DNA from: a virus
Reading direction: 5' to 3' (one strand)
Virus genome (UHGV): UHGV-0033546
DNA: 64,000 bases
Shown here one piece after another: positions 11,201-20,085 of the stretch (positions are counted from its first letter, which is position 1; each line of letters starts with the position of its first letter). The position numbers were made by a program, and so were the translations under genes. The notes below the pieces were generated by a model, which worked only from the letters and a program-made list of their open reading frames with translations, ran no database searches and had not been told where the DNA came from.

Positions 11201-11550
11201 ATGTTTATGTCCGCTCTGATATTCGTGTTAAAAAGGACCTTGTTAAATTTGAAAATGCTTCTGAGAAGCTTTCTAAAATTAACGGTTACACTTATATGCA
11301 GAAGCGAGGTCTAGATGAAGACGGTAATCAGAAGTGGGAACCTAATGCCGGTTTAATTGCTCAAGAAGTTCAAGCTATTTTACCTGAATTAGTTGAAGGC
11401 GATCAGGATGGTGAAGCTTTACTTCGTTTGAACTATAATGGTGTAATCGGTTTAAATACAGCTGCTATCAATGAGCATACCGCAGAAATTGCAGAACTTA
11501 AATCCGAAATTGAAGAGCTTAAAAAATTAGTTAAATCATTGTTAAAATAA
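8224..11550 (+). CDS. 37: Long tail fibre distal subunit gp37 with C-terminal intramolecular chaperone domain
   Basis: 1108-aa ORF after 36; last 111 aa (SDIRVKKDL...[15 protein letters not shown]...coiled coil) match the peptidase S74 / endosialidase chaperone pattern. Confidence 0.9.
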   Translation: MATLKQIQFKRSKTAGQRPAASVLAEGELAINLKDRVLFTKDDQGNIIDLGFAKGGSIDGNVIHKGNYNQTGDYTLNGTFTQTGNFNLTGIARVTRDIIAAGQIMTEGGELITKSSGTSHVRFFDGNSRERGIIFSPANDGLTTQVINIRVQDYKAGSENTFSFSGNGLFTSPEVSAWKSMSTPQILTNKVITNNKSTSDYDIYSMADNVPLSESTTAINHLRVMRNAVGSGIFHEVKDNDGITWYSGDGLDAYLWSFTWSGGIKSSHSISIGLTPGNKDYSILGPSSIALGDNDTGFKWHQDGYYFSVNNGTKTFLFSPSETTSLRKFVAGYSTNGTDLTTPPTENYALATVVTYHDNNAFGDGQTLLGYYQGGRYHHYFRGRGTTNINTAGGLLVTPGNIDVIGGSVNIDGRNNASTLLLKGNTTGSSSVDNMTISVWGNTFTNPSEGNRKNVMEISDATSWMSYIQRLTTGEVEMNVNGSFESSGVTAGNRGVHTTGEISSSAVNALRIWNADYGAIFRRSEGNLHIIPTAYGEGKNGDIGPLRPFSIALDTGKVVIPDLDLSYASFAANGYIKFGGHGAGAGGYDIQYVQAAPIFQEIDDDAISKYYPIVKQKFLNGKAVWSLGTEINSGTFVLHHLKEDGSQGHTSRFNADGTVNFPDNVQVGGGEATIARNGNIFSDIWKSFTSAGDTTNIRDAIATRVAKEGDTMTGKLIVKRGSDAINIAADENDSGYLLGTSGGANSWYIGKGGADDTASFYNFKTTAGITLNSVGDIDFNVKNQSTAASLNFYRLYLNGRQWTATQGHGYNNQWQTEAPFFVDFGESVPKDSYMPIIKGRSQIINEGYATKADFGIIRLGGNATWGNAVIRVGSAESGDSSHPNAIFVFQANGDFKAPAGLRAGVNLGVGTIPIWGGASIAIGDDDTGLVHGGDGRINMYANAQHIASWGAGYQSHPGLWDSNGALWTEVGKAIISHGHLVQANDSYSTYVRDVYVRSDIRVKKDLVKFENASEKLSKINGYTYMQKRGLDEDGNQKWEPNAGLIAQEVQAILPELVEGDQDGEALLRLNYNGVIGLNTAAINEHTAEIAELKSEIEELKKLVKSLLK

Positions 11551-11554
11551 AATG

Positions 11555-11570
11555 AGGGGCTTCGGCCCCT
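11555..11570 (+). other. UUCG-tetraloop RNA hairpin between 37 and 38
   Basis: AGGGGC-TTCG-GCCCCT immediately before the gp38 RBS. Confidence 0.6.
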
Positions 11571-11581
11571 TGGAGGTTTAT

Positions 11582-12376
11582 ATGGCAGTTGAAGGACCGT
11601 GGGTAGGATGGTCTGCAAGGGTACAGACTGGAGACCCTTGGATGGCAGGAGCAGCCGTAAGATTAAGAATGGGTGTTCCGTTTTGGATGAGTAATATGAT
11701 AGGTCGATCTGTTGAAGTAATTCACACACTTGGAGCGGACCATAACTTCAATGGTCAATGGTTCCGAGATAGATGTTTTGAGGCAGGTAGTGCACCTATA
11801 GTGTTTAATATTACCGGAAATTTGGTATCATATTCTAGAGACGTTCCTTTATTCTTTATGTATGGAGATACACCTAATGAATATGTTCAGTTGAATATTG
11901 GTGGTGGCGTCCATATGTGGGGTAGAGGTGGACAAGGTGGATGGACTCATTCCGGCGGAGATGGTAATGGTCAACAAGGTGGTCATTGTATTCAAAATGA
12001 CATCGGTGGACGATTAAGAATTAATAACGGTGGAGTAATTTGCGGCGGAGGTGGAGGCGGAGGTGGTATCGCTTATCGTCCCCACTCTGGTGCAAATTGG
12101 CAAGATATTGGTGGTGGTGGAGGAAGACCATTTGGACCAGGTGGAGGCGGAGGTTATTCCGGCGGCGCAGCTTCTTATGATGGCCCAGGAGGTGGTTATA
12201 ATTATGGTAATGCTCACTCTGGACAAGGTGGTGATGCTGGCGCAAATGGACAAAATGCCTGGCATGATGGCGGTAAAGTACTAAAAGTCGGTGCTGGCGG
12301 AGCTGCTGGTTATGCCGTCATAGGGTCCGCTCCAACATGGCAAAATGTTGGAGTAATATATGGTCCAAGAGTATAA
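11582..12376 (+). CDS. 38: Receptor-recognising adhesin gp38 (T2 type, glycine-rich motifs)
   Basis: 264 aa from ATG 11582 (GGAGG RBS); the ORF-track start at 11552 lies inside the hairpin; poly-Gly blocks (GGGGGGGG, GGGGG, GGGGG) separated by short variable segments. Confidence 0.85.
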   Translation: MAVEGPWVGWSARVQTGDPWMAGAAVRLRMGVPFWMSNMIGRSVEVIHTLGADHNFNGQWFRDRCFEAGSAPIVFNITGNLVSYSRDVPLFFMYGDTPNEYVQLNIGGGVHMWGRGGQGGWTHSGGDGNGQQGGHCIQNDIGGRLRINNGGVICGGGGGGGGIAYRPHSGANWQDIGGGGGRPFGPGGGGGYSGGAASYDGPGGGYNYGNAHSGQGGDAGANGQNAWHDGGKVLKVGAGGAAGYAVIGSAPTWQNVGVIYGPRV

Positions 12377-12406
12377 TTTGAATAAATACCCTTAAAAGGA
12401 GGGTCT

Positions 12407-13063
12407 ATGGCAGCACCTAGAATATCATTTTCGCCCTCTGATATTCTATTTGGTGTTCTAGATCGCTTGTTCAAAGATAATGCTACCGGGAAAGTTCTTG
12501 CTTCCCGGGTAGCTGTCGTAATTCTTTTGTTTATGATGGCGATTGTTTGGTATAGGGGAGATAGTTTCTTTGAGTACTATAAGCAATCAAAGTATGAAAC
12601 ATACAGTGAAATTATTGAAAAGGAAAGAAATGCACGCTTTGAATCTGTCGCCCTGGAACAACTCCAGATAGTTCATATATCATCTGAGGCAGACTTTAGT
12701 GCGGTGTATTCTTTCCGCCCTAAAAACTTAAACTATTTTGTTGATATTATAGCATATGAAGGAAAATTACCTTCAACAATAAGTGAAAAATCGCTTGGAG
12801 GATATCCTGTTGATAAAACTATGGATGAATATGCAGTTCATTTAAATGGACGTCATTATTATTCCGACTCAAAATTTGCTTTTTTACCAACTAAAAAGCC
12901 TACTCCCGAAATAAACTACATGTACAGTTGTCCATATTTTAATTTGGATAATATCTATGCTGGAACGATAACCATGTACTGGTATAGAAATGATCATATA
13001 AGTAATGACCGCCTTGAATCAATATGTGCTCAGGCGGCCAGAATATTAGGAAGGGCTAAATAA
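12407..13063 (+). CDS. t: Holin T
   Basis: 218 aa; one N-terminal transmembrane segment plus large C-terminal domain; position after 38. Confidence 0.9.
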   Translation: MAAPRISFSPSDILFGVLDRLFKDNATGKVLASRVAVVILLFMMAIVWYRGDSFFEYYKQSKYETYSEIIEKERNARFESVALEQLQIVHISSEADFSAVYSFRPKNLNYFVDIIAYEGKLPSTISEKSLGGYPVDKTMDEYAVHLNGRHYYSDSKFAFLPTKKPTPEINYMYSCPYFNLDNIYAGTITMYWYRNDHISNDRLESICAQAARILGRAK

Positions 13064-13336
13064 TTACTTGTTTGTATACATCTCTAGATATCGATATACA
13101 CCCTCAAAACCCTCGTTGAATTCGTCGATGAGGGTTTTCTTATCTTCCTGAGTTAATTCAGAAACAATTTTACGGAATGAATTCTGATTTAACTTTCTAC
13201 CTTCATGCGTTACTCCAATCTCATTCAGAAATGCAATAAAATTAGCACGATTCTCAACAATATCTTCTCGGGAAAATTTAATCAAAATAGACGCAACAGT
13301 AATAATTTCACGAACTGTATCAATATTTTTATTCAT
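13064..13336 (-). CDS. asiA: Anti-sigma70 factor AsiA
   Basis: 90-aa ORF; sequence matches T4 AsiA as I recall it. Confidence 0.95.
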   Translation of the reverse strand: MNKNIDTVREIITVASILIKFSREDIVENRANFIAFLNEIGVTHEGRKLNQNSFRKIVSELTQEDKKTLIDEFNEGFEGVYRYLEMYTNK

Positions 13337-13348
13337 TAACTATACCAC

Positions 13349-13501
13349 TCAATTAGTTGACTTTGTTATAATATCATCAGACGTTTGATTTGTAAACTGG
13401 TCTGCGGTATTTTCTTCAAAAATTTTTTCTACGAATTCTTTGAACGACTTACGTTCCTGAGCTACATTATGCTCGATTACTTTTTCAAGATTATGACTCA
13501 T
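13349..13501 (-). CDS. Small hypothetical ORF (50 aa) between arn and asiA
   Basis: ATGA overlap with arn stop; contains the asiA early promoter, so coding status uncertain. Confidence 0.3.
   Translation of the reverse strand: MSHNLEKVIEHNVAQERKSFKEFVEKIFEENTADQFTNQTSDDIITKSTN
13368..13397 (-). promoter_or_regulatory. T4-type early promoter upstream of asiA
   Basis: minus strand GTTTAC-N18-TATTAT. Confidence 0.55.
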
Positions 13502-13776
13502 TCGAAATAATCTTCAATTTCGTAATCATGGACATAAATCATTATAGTTTTTAATACATCATCAATACTTTTTCCTGGCGCTGGAATTACATAAAAATAT
13601 CTTGCTTTTGAGAGGTCTTTATAAGTTCCAACCAAGAAATCATTATTCTCGAGATGTAGTTCTTCAACTAATTCATTAACAATTGAATGATATAGATTTG
13701 GTAGAAACTTATATAGCTTTTCTAGAATATCAATTTTGATTGTGTATTGAACCACAGACTGAGAATCAATAATCAT
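13498..13776 (-). CDS. arn: Anti-restriction nuclease Arn (McrBC inhibitor)
   Basis: 92-aa ORF next to asiA; size and position as T4 arn. Confidence 0.8.
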   Translation of the reverse strand: MIIDSQSVVQYTIKIDILEKLYKFLPNLYHSIVNELVEELHLENNDFLVGTYKDLSKARYFYVIPAPGKSIDDVLKTIMIYVHDYEIEDYFE

Positions 13777-13854
13777 AGACCTTCCCCCTTATGTTTCTGT
13801 TTGTGATTAGATTCTTTAAACGCTTTCTTCTTATCTTTATGAACAGAAGCTTTA

Positions 13855-14079
13855 TTAAAATTGTGCTTTGCGACTAAATTGTTCATAGTGTTGAATTACC
13901 TCTCTTAAACATTTGCATGTGAATGAAAACTTTTTAGCTACACCACATTCAAATATATGTTCTCTTAAATCACGTGTGTCAGTATATCCCATCTCAACAA
14001 TAAAGTGTCTTATTAGATTTTTATCTTTATCATTGAGAGAATTAAAATAATCGGATTTTGAATTAATTTCCCTGGCCAA
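13855..14079 (-). CDS. Hypothetical early protein (74 aa)
   Basis: ORF in the arn-motA block; no recognisable motif. Confidence 0.5.
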   Translation of the reverse strand: MAREINSKSDYFNSLNDKDKNLIRHFIVEMGYTDTRDLREHIFECGVAKKFSFTCKCLREVIQHYEQFSRKAQF

Positions 14080-14359
14080 ATTGAATCACCTTCAGTTGAC
14101 GTTTTAATTCTTTTATCATTTCTTCGTTCATCGCAATATAAAGATCGCGTAAAGCGGGTTTTAGCATTCCATTTACTGGAGAACTAAATGGGCACACATA
14201 ATCTTTTCCTACGAGCCTTTTAGCGAATTCCATATCACAAAACTGAAATGCTGGTTCATTGGCATAAATGCCCCAATTAGTTGACATCATTTTATTGGCA
14301 TATTCCAGTGCCTGGATTTGATTCTTAATTCCATCAATTTGAAACTTTTTAATATTCAT
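14063..14359 (-). CDS. Hypothetical early protein (98 aa)
   Basis: ORF in the arn-motA block; overlaps neighbours by a few nt. Confidence 0.5.
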   Translation of the reverse strand: MNIKKFQIDGIKNQIQALEYANKMMSTNWGIYANEPAFQFCDMEFAKRLVGKDYVCPFSSPVNGMLKPALRDLYIAMNEEMIKELKRQLKVIQFGQGN

Positions 14360-14820
14360 TAGTAAAGGTCCTCAGAGTAAAGTTCTTTTTCACTACCACC
14401 ACGTTCAATACGTACTTGTCCGGCGTAAGTTGCAATAATCATTGCTTCTTCACGTGTCCAATAATTACTATATTGGTCAATAAACCCTTGGTCATCATCA
14501 CAAACTTGTTGAGTAACTAATTGAGGTTTAACTACATCTAAAACTTCTGCCATATCTTTAGAATAATGACGAGCACCTGGAATAACAAGAGTTCGTCCAT
14601 CTTTTAGTTTAAAACGGTTGGCTGCGCAAACAATTCGTCGTTGATACTTTTGGTTTTCGTCCCAATATGCAGACTGCCAACAAATTTCAGGAACTTCTTT
14701 CAGAATATCTTCTTCTGTGCATTTATAACCATGTGCTTTAAATTTTTCAACAAGACTTTCTGGAGTTTCACGAGATAAAGGAACATTCAGCATTTTTAAA
14801 CGATTAATAAATGGGTTCAT
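14359..14820 (-). CDS. Hypothetical early protein (153 aa)
   Basis: ORF with start/stop overlap to neighbours. Confidence 0.55.
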   Translation of the reverse strand: MNPFINRLKMLNVPLSRETPESLVEKFKAHGYKCTEEDILKEVPEICWQSAYWDENQKYQRRIVCAANRFKLKDGRTLVIPGARHYSKDMAEVLDVVKPQLVTQQVCDDDQGFIDQYSNYWTREEAMIIATYAGQVRIERGGSEKELYSEDLY

Positions 14821-15146
14821 TTAAACCATCCTTTAATACGCTGCCACAAAGTTTTCTGTTGAGCTTTGTTAACACCAATTGAGCGAATAACTGGTTGAGA
14901 TTCCTGGAATTCTTTATAATCAGCAAGGTAAATTTCGTAAGCCGATTGAACAAAGGTACTAATCGCTGCCATGAAGTTCTTGCGAATTCCCATAGAGGCT
15001 TCAGAACCACCACGGATGATTAAATATTTGCCAGTCTTAATCTTTACGATAGTTCCAAGATAAGCTCCATGGTACCAGATGTCCCATCCCTCTTGAGTGG
15101 GTTCTGCACAACGACGAAGTTCATTAACAATTTCTAACTTGTTCAT
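14817..15146 (-). CDS. Hypothetical early protein (109 aa)
   Basis: ORF immediately downstream of motA. Confidence 0.55.
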   Translation of the reverse strand: MNKLEIVNELRRCAEPTQEGWDIWYHGAYLGTIVKIKTGKYLIIRGGSEASMGIRKNFMAAISTFVQSAYEIYLADYKEFQESQPVIRSIGVNKAQQKTLWQRIKGWFK

Positions 15147-15156
15147 TATTTATTCC

Positions 15157-15792
15157 TCACAGTTCAGATGCTACGGTGATTACTGCTTCAATGTTTTCTG
15201 CTGAGCGTTTAATGTCAAGATACACATTACCGTTTTTAGCAATTTTACATGACATTCCGATATCAGTAAATTTCTGAATATGATGTTCCATCATTTTGTA
15301 TCCAAAAATTCGCATATTTCCATTGTTGTTAATTTCAAAATTGCGAATTCCATGAGTGCGTTTTTCTAAAATAGCAAGATAGTTACTGCGGTAAGTTTCA
15401 ACCTTTTTAAGAACAAATCCATTTTCATCTAAAAGTTTTAACATGAGGTCTTTATCTTCTTCCATATCGGAAGTAATCTCACGAGCTTTACGAGTTGCTC
15501 GTTTTTTCAGAAGTTCCGGAGCATTTTCTTGTGCGTATAAAGTTGCTGCATTTGAAATAATATCCTGGGCTTCACCAGTAATGATTAATCCATCACCTGA
15601 TTTCTCCACCAGGCCTTTTTTAATCAATACCCCAATATTACTATTAACTACTGCGTTACCTAAATCTGGATGCACCTCACGAACTTCTGCAGCTGTAATG
15701 AAATCTTTCTTAGCAATGGTAATTAAAATCGCAGCAGTTTTTTCATTCAGAACATCGTTAGAAGCTTTGATGATGTAAGTTACTTTAGACAT
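15157..15792 (-). CDS. motA: Middle-transcription activator MotA
   Basis: 211-aa ORF; length and sequence match T4 MotA from memory. Confidence 0.9.
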   Translation of the reverse strand: MSKVTYIIKASNDVLNEKTAAILITIAKKDFITAAEVREVHPDLGNAVVNSNIGVLIKKGLVEKSGDGLIITGEAQDIISNAATLYAQENAPELLKKRATRKAREITSDMEEDKDLMLKLLDENGFVLKKVETYRSNYLAILEKRTHGIRNFEINNNGNMRIFGYKMMEHHIQKFTDIGMSCKIAKNGNVYLDIKRSAENIEAVITVASEL

Positions 15793-15833
15793 TTTCTAAT
15801 CTCCGTAATTCTGTATCAGTAGTTGATAGTTGT

Positions 15834-15863
15834 ATAGTACCACAGTATGCTTTGGTTGTAAAC
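15834..15863 (-). promoter_or_regulatory. T4-type early promoter upstream of motA
   Basis: minus strand GTTTAC-N18-TACTAT with AT-rich upstream tract. Confidence 0.6.
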
Positions 15864-15880
15864 CGTTTTGTGAAAAATTT

Positions 15881-15914
15881 TTGAAATAAAAAAAGGGAGA
15901 GCCTCGGCTCTCCC
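15881..15914 (-). terminator. Intrinsic terminator-like hairpin after the gene 52 transcription unit
   Basis: 20-nt palindrome GGGAGAGCC..GGCTCTCCC followed on the minus strand by TTTTTTTATTT. Confidence 0.6.
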
Positions 15915-15919
15915 TAAAA

Positions 15920-16069
15920 TTACTGCATGACTGTGATAACTGTCATGATAACACGTTGAATTCCGAATGCAAGAAGACCTCCTGCTACGGCAGGAACAAC
16001 ACCTAACCCCGCCAGTAAAATGCCACCGGATACTAATGCGGCGCTTGTAATACCAATGAATGGACTCAT
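15920..16069 (-). CDS. Small hydrophobic protein (49 aa)
   Basis: MSPFIGITSAALVSGGILLAGLGVVPAVAGG...; ATGA overlap with gene 52 stop; below ORF-track cutoff. Confidence 0.45.
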   Translation of the reverse strand: MSPFIGITSAALVSGGILLAGLGVVPAVAGGLLAFGIQRVIMTVITVMQ

Positions 16070-17394
16070 TTGATTTCCTCTAAATCTTTGGTGTATTCTG
16101 TAACTACATCAGTAGTTTTCCAATATTCGTTTTCTTCTTTTTTAGCTTTAGCTTCTTCAGCAAGTTTCTTTGCTTCGTCGGAAGTCATATGAAAAATATT
16201 CATTCCAACTAGTTTATCAACATAAGAAGAATACATATCAATTTTAGAAAGTTCTTCAGTCAGTTCTTTACGAGTTTTACCTTGCACAACAATTTCACCT
16301 GAAATTACTTTCTTAATGAAATGCGCCTTGGCAAAGGCTAAACGAAATGCTGATTCAGTTTCTTTGATTTTGTTATCAATTCGTTTTTGGACATAAGTTT
16401 TACGAACTTCAACGAAGTCTTTGATTAAATCAACTACGTTATCGTAAACTTGTAGTTTTCCTTTCTCATTAATAACGGTAATATTCTGGGAACGACGCTC
16501 AATCAACCCGAAGTCTTTCATAATTTTTGCATGGCGTTCTTCTTCGTTATCGCTTAAGGAATATTCTTTACGGAATTTAACTTTGAAGCCAAAACCATGC
16601 TCACCGCAAGCATCATCCCACGTAATAAAGCCTTTATCTTCAAGCGGGTCTAAAATTTTGCTCACGTAAGTTTCACGATCATACTTATACGGAATCTCAG
16701 TGATATGCATTTGAGTTCGTGAAGTAAACTTATATGTTCCACGAATTTCATATTGTCCATCAATTTCAACGACTTCACCGCGAAATTCTGGGAATTCTAC
16801 CTTCGGTTTAGTTACTTTCTTTCCTTGAAGAGCTTGTAGTACAGCTTTCTTGACAGAAGAAACACTATGAGGAAGAATGTAAGTTGCATAACCAGTTGCA
16901 ATACCGGAAACACCGTTAAGAAGAACAGTAGGAATAATAGGCAAATAGAAAGCAGGCGGAATGTGTTCTTTATCTTGATGTATCGGAGCATATTCAGTAT
17001 CTTTATATACACTATAGAAATTTTTACTTACACGAGCAAAAATATAACGACTTGCCGCTGCTTTTTGAACGGTACGGGAACCAAAGTTTCCTTGACCATC
17101 TAACAAAGGAAAGTTATTATTCCAAGTGTTAGCCATCAAAGCACCTGCGTCTTGCGCAGAGTTTTCACCATGATGATATCCAAGGTCTGCGACACCACCT
17201 GCAATAGAAGCGAGTTTGTGAAACTTATCTTTATTTCCTCGTGCCAAATCAAGAGCTCGAGCAATAACAAATCGTTGAACTGGCTTAAATCCATCAATCA
17301 TATTTGGAATAGCACGATTTTCAACCGTGTACATAGCATAAGCCAATGCTTCATTATCAATGATACTTTTTAAATCGCGATTATTCAGTTGCAT
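16066..17394 (-). CDS. 52: DNA topoisomerase II medium subunit gp52 (GyrA-like)
   Basis: 442-aa ORF, same length as T4 gp52; GyrA-like N-terminus. Confidence 0.95.
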   Translation of the reverse strand: MQLNNRDLKSIIDNEALAYAMYTVENRAIPNMIDGFKPVQRFVIARALDLARGNKDKFHKLASIAGGVADLGYHHGENSAQDAGALMANTWNNNFPLLDGQGNFGSRTVQKAAASRYIFARVSKNFYSVYKDTEYAPIHQDKEHIPPAFYLPIIPTVLLNGVSGIATGYATYILPHSVSSVKKAVLQALQGKKVTKPKVEFPEFRGEVVEIDGQYEIRGTYKFTSRTQMHITEIPYKYDRETYVSKILDPLEDKGFITWDDACGEHGFGFKVKFRKEYSLSDNEEERHAKIMKDFGLIERRSQNITVINEKGKLQVYDNVVDLIKDFVEVRKTYVQKRIDNKIKETESAFRLAFAKAHFIKKVISGEIVVQGKTRKELTEELSKIDMYSSYVDKLVGMNIFHMTSDEAKKLAEEAKAKKEENEYWKTTDVVTEYTKDLEEIK

Positions 17395-17398
17395 AAAT

Positions 17399-17539
17399 TT
17401 ACCATACTAGTGAATGTAGTGCCATAATAACATCAGAAATGAAAAGCACGACTTGAATTAATCCGAACATTACTCCATAATATAGTGCTACCAATAAAGT
17501 AGCAAGGACTAATGAATAGCCCAAGATTTTCTTAATCAT
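17399..17539 (-). CDS. Small membrane protein (46 aa)
   Basis: MIKKILGYSLVLATLLVALYYGVMFGLIQVV...; between 52 and stp where T4 has ac/52.1. Confidence 0.4.
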   Translation of the reverse strand: MIKKILGYSLVLATLLVALYYGVMFGLIQVVLFISDVIMALHSLVW

Positions 17540-17693
17540 TTTTAATCATCTTAAGTAAGCCAACAGAAGTAGAAAGCACCCAGGCAATAAACAGAAAACT
17601 TAAGAATACTGGACCTGGGGCCCACACGCCTAAAAAGAAGCAAACCGAACAGACAATAGCCGTAATAAGTTCAATAAAAACCAGAATAACCAT
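17532..17693 (-). CDS. Small membrane protein (53 aa)
   Basis: MVILVFIELITAIVCSVCFFLGVWAPGPVFLSFLFIAWVL...; GAGGAAA RBS. Confidence 0.4.
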   Translation of the reverse strand: MVILVFIELITAIVCSVCFFLGVWAPGPVFLSFLFIAWVLSTSVGLLKMIKND

Positions 17694-17703
17694 GTTTTCC
17701 TCA

Positions 17704-17781
17704 TTAGCGTCCGAAGACGCCTTTAGTTTTAAAATTATTACGATAGAATTGCATCACATGTTCGTTATGAAAATTACTCAT
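17704..17781 (-). CDS. stp: Stp peptide (activator of host PrrC anticodon nuclease)
   Basis: 25-aa [28 protein letters not shown], near-identical to T4 Stp as I recall it; start overlaps ndd stop. Confidence 0.8.
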   Translation of the reverse strand: MSNFHNEHVMQFYRNNFKTKGVFGR

Positions 17782-18236
17782 TAATATGCCTGCAAAACGA
17801 ATTTAAAGTTATCAGCCAACATACGGTTCATTTCTTCAAGCGTTTGATACTCAGAATGATGATTACGAGTAAACGCTAAAGCTAACTGACCTTTTCCAAA
17901 TCCCGTCGTCAGAGGTTTCATCTTAGAAGCAGGAAGATAAAATACTGCGTATGGAACATTGTTATTTGCAATAGTACGTGCAAGCTGAGACCGACGTTGA
18001 CGAATATGACTTAGAACTGCACTGAACCCTTGCTTAGAACGCTGATTACCTACATAAAATCGTGCAGATACGCATGGACTACTAAATGGACCACCGAGTT
18101 TACTCACTAAAAAGTAAAATCCAGGTTTAGACAAAATGTCTTTGTGCGGAGTTCCCAAAAACCACTCACCACCCTTGATTGTACCAATAACAGTAGCACC
18201 TGCGTTGTTAAGATCAGTAACAGTCATATATTTCAT
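17781..18236 (-). CDS. ndd: Nucleoid disruption protein Ndd
   Basis: ORF 17781-18284; start at internal Met ([13 protein letters not shown]...) gives 151 aa as in T4 Ndd. Confidence 0.85.
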   Translation of the reverse strand: MKYMTVTDLNNAGATVIGTIKGGEWFLGTPHKDILSKPGFYFLVSKLGGPFSSPCVSARFYVGNQRSKQGFSAVLSHIRQRRSQLARTIANNNVPYAVFYLPASKMKPLTTGFGKGQLALAFTRNHHSEYQTLEEMNRMLADNFKFVLQAY

Positions 18237-18296
18237 ATTAATTTCCTCTAAATTATTTTCTACTCCAAGGCCGCATGAATACACACGGCCATTAAA

Positions 18297-18512
18297 TTAA
18301 TCGTCGCAGTCGACGCTCAATTCCCAAAACTCTTCTACAGTATAAGTTTCAGTATCATTTTCAATACAGAAACGTTCATTACTGTTATTTGCTAAAGTAG
18401 CATTAACTGTCGGTTTCTCGCTAGTGCTCTTAAGAGGTGAAATACGAATTAATTGATCACCATTATCTAAACAGAAAATTTCGCCAACTTTTACATCTTT
18501 AAAAATTTTCAT
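18297..18512 (-). CDS. Hypothetical protein (71 aa)
   Basis: ORF downstream of ndd. Confidence 0.45.
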   Translation of the reverse strand: MKIFKDVKVGEIFCLDNGDQLIRISPLKSTSEKPTVNATLANNSNERFCIENDTETYTVEEFWELSVDCDD

Positions 18513-18627
18513 AATTCACCTCAGGGAGTATAAAATCCAAATGCAGTTGTTGACCATCCCATCCAATACGGAAAATTTGCACCAATGTAAAACATAAGAA
18601 TATAAAACCAACCGCTCAGTAAATTCA

Positions 18628-18846
18628 TCATTTTACACCATTCCAAATTGTTTCAACCACAGATTTTAAACCATTTTGATGAATATCCATTCCGACTACC
18701 GCCATCAAATAGATTCCAACTACAACTGAACCTAAGGCAAAAATCAGCATGAAAATGAATAAAGCCGGAAAAATATTATCGAAAAACCATTCAATAAATG
18801 TAAAAGCACTGCGTTTACGCTTCATGTTTTCCTCACATAAATCCAA
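18628..18846 (-). CDS. Small membrane protein (up to 72 aa)
   Basis: strongly hydrophobic core; true start may be internal. Confidence 0.4.
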   Translation of the reverse strand: MDLCEENMKRKRSAFTFIEWFFDNIFPALFIFMLIFALGSVVVGIYLMAVVGMDIHQNGLKSVVETIWNGVK

Positions 18847-19081
18847 AGTAAGCGTTTAATACATCAATCATTAAAACGATTGGGAATATACTCAAAACTA
18901 CTAGTATTATAACTACATTCCATATAGCTTTAACAATCTTTTTCATTTTCTGTTCCTCCGCAGTTGATAGAGTAATAATACCACAGAGGAACAGTCTTGT
19001 AAACAACTTTTTTAAAAATATTCGTAATAAATGTGAATACCAACTACTACCGCTGAAACTTGCGCAACCCACCATGCACAA
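18833..19081 (-). CDS. Small membrane protein (37-82 aa)
   Basis: hydrophobic; likely starts at internal MKKIVKAIW... Confidence 0.35.
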   Translation of the reverse strand: MCMVGCASFSGSSWYSHLLRIFLKKLFTRLFLCGIITLSTAEEQKMKKIVKAIWNVVIILVVLSIFPIVLMIDVLNAYFGFM

Positions 19082-19189
19082 GCAATAAGCACAGAATTCA
19101 AAATTTTCATAATAACCTCATTACAAAAGTAAATGTTAAACAAATTACTGGAATACTAATTAACCAAACAAAACACCACCACAATGAAC

Positions 19190-19453
19190 TCATAGTTCAA
19201 TCTCAGCGATTTTCATTTCATTACTATTAATAGCCGCTTTAAGACTATCTGAAAGAATTACACACCAGTGGTCATTCATATGACCATTAACTAAGCGTGT
19301 AATTTCTTCAGGAGTTGAAAAATAAGGCGTATCAGACTCCCAATGCGATAGTCCCAAGCGAGTATAAATCATACCTTCATCATCGCTAGAATATTCAACT
19401 GACACAAACTCATCAGTTATTTTATGTTTAGCGTAATAAAATTTAAATTTCAT
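19190..19453 (-). CDS. Hypothetical early protein (87 aa)
   Basis: ORF-track start 19546 lies upstream of the promoter; start moved to MKFKFYYAK with GGAGGA RBS. Confidence 0.5.
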   Translation of the reverse strand: MKFKFYYAKHKITDEFVSVEYSSDDEGMIYTRLGLSHWESDTPYFSTPEEITRLVNGHMNDHWCVILSDSLKAAINSNEMKIAEIEL

Positions 19454-19480
19454 TTTTACTCCTCCGTAGCTGATAGTTGT

Positions 19481-19510
19481 ATAGTACCACAGTCCTTGTG
19501 GTATGTAAAC
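19481..19510 (-). promoter_or_regulatory. T4-type early promoter
   Basis: minus strand GTTTAC-N18-TACTAT; 60-bp context near-identical to the motA promoter. Confidence 0.6.
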
Positions 19511-19527
19511 CGTTTTGTGAAAAATTT

Positions 19528-20085
19528 TTAAATGGAAAGATACCATCCATTGTAGTTGCTTTTTCTTACAACCTTACGAAGGTCTTCTCTATCACCGATG
19601 AACTTCGGAGTGTACTGGATGACGCCTGGATGAATTTCTTTAGTGTTGAATATAATTATACAGTCTGCGACTTGATGATTCAGAATGGGCCCTAGATTTA
19701 TTCCAGAACCGTATGGATACTCTCCGCTGCATCCTGTTGTTACAGAAATCCAACGTGAGTCGGTTTGATGTGTCTTAACTTCTACACGAAGCCCGCAATA
19801 TCTTGGATGCGCCAATACATCCCATGCGTATGTATACGGGTCATTAACATCCTCTTGGCCTTTGTTAACATACCCGCTTAGCCAATCTGCTACAAAAAAT
19901 TCTGCGTACACCGCGATACGGCATCTTTCGATAACTTCTGCTTTATCCTGGTTCGGGTTTTGTTTTAAAGAGTATCTTGCTGTATCAGCAATTTTGACCT
20001 TCATTTCACTAGTCAAGTCACTGTTCGATAGGGTAAATATCGGAATCTGAAATAGTCTCTGTAGCCCCGGATTCGTTTTCTGCAT
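19528..20085 (-). CDS. denB: Endonuclease IV DenB
   Basis: 185-aa ORF between ndd block and rIIB, length as T4 DenB. Confidence 0.75.
   Translation of the reverse strand: MQKTNPGLQRLFQIPIFTLSNSDLTSEMKVKIADTARYSLKQNPNQDKAEVIERCRIAVYAEFFVADWLSGYVNKGQEDVNDPYTYAWDVLAHPRYCGLRVEVKTHQTDSRWISVTTGCSGEYPYGSGINLGPILNHQVADCIIIFNTKEIHPGVIQYTPKFIGDREDLRKVVRKSNYNGWYLSI

Noticed and set aside
11552-11581. ORF-track start of gp38 at 11552 ([10 protein letters not shown]...)
   Set aside because: These codons are the UUCG hairpin after the gene 37 stop; the ATG at 11582 has a proper GGAGG ribosome binding site.
12014-12284. Three overlapping ORFs (74-83 aa) on both strands inside gene 38
   Set aside because: They arise from the repetitive GGT/GGA/GGC glycine codons; products are low-complexity His/Leu- or Ser/Thr-rich strings with no independent start signals.
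12376-12407. Possible late promoter for holin t (GAATAAATAC)
   Set aside because: Only 7 of 8 matches to TATAAATA; t may be co-transcribed with 38.
15443-15778. 111-aa plus-strand ORF inside motA
   Set aside because: Antisense to MotA.
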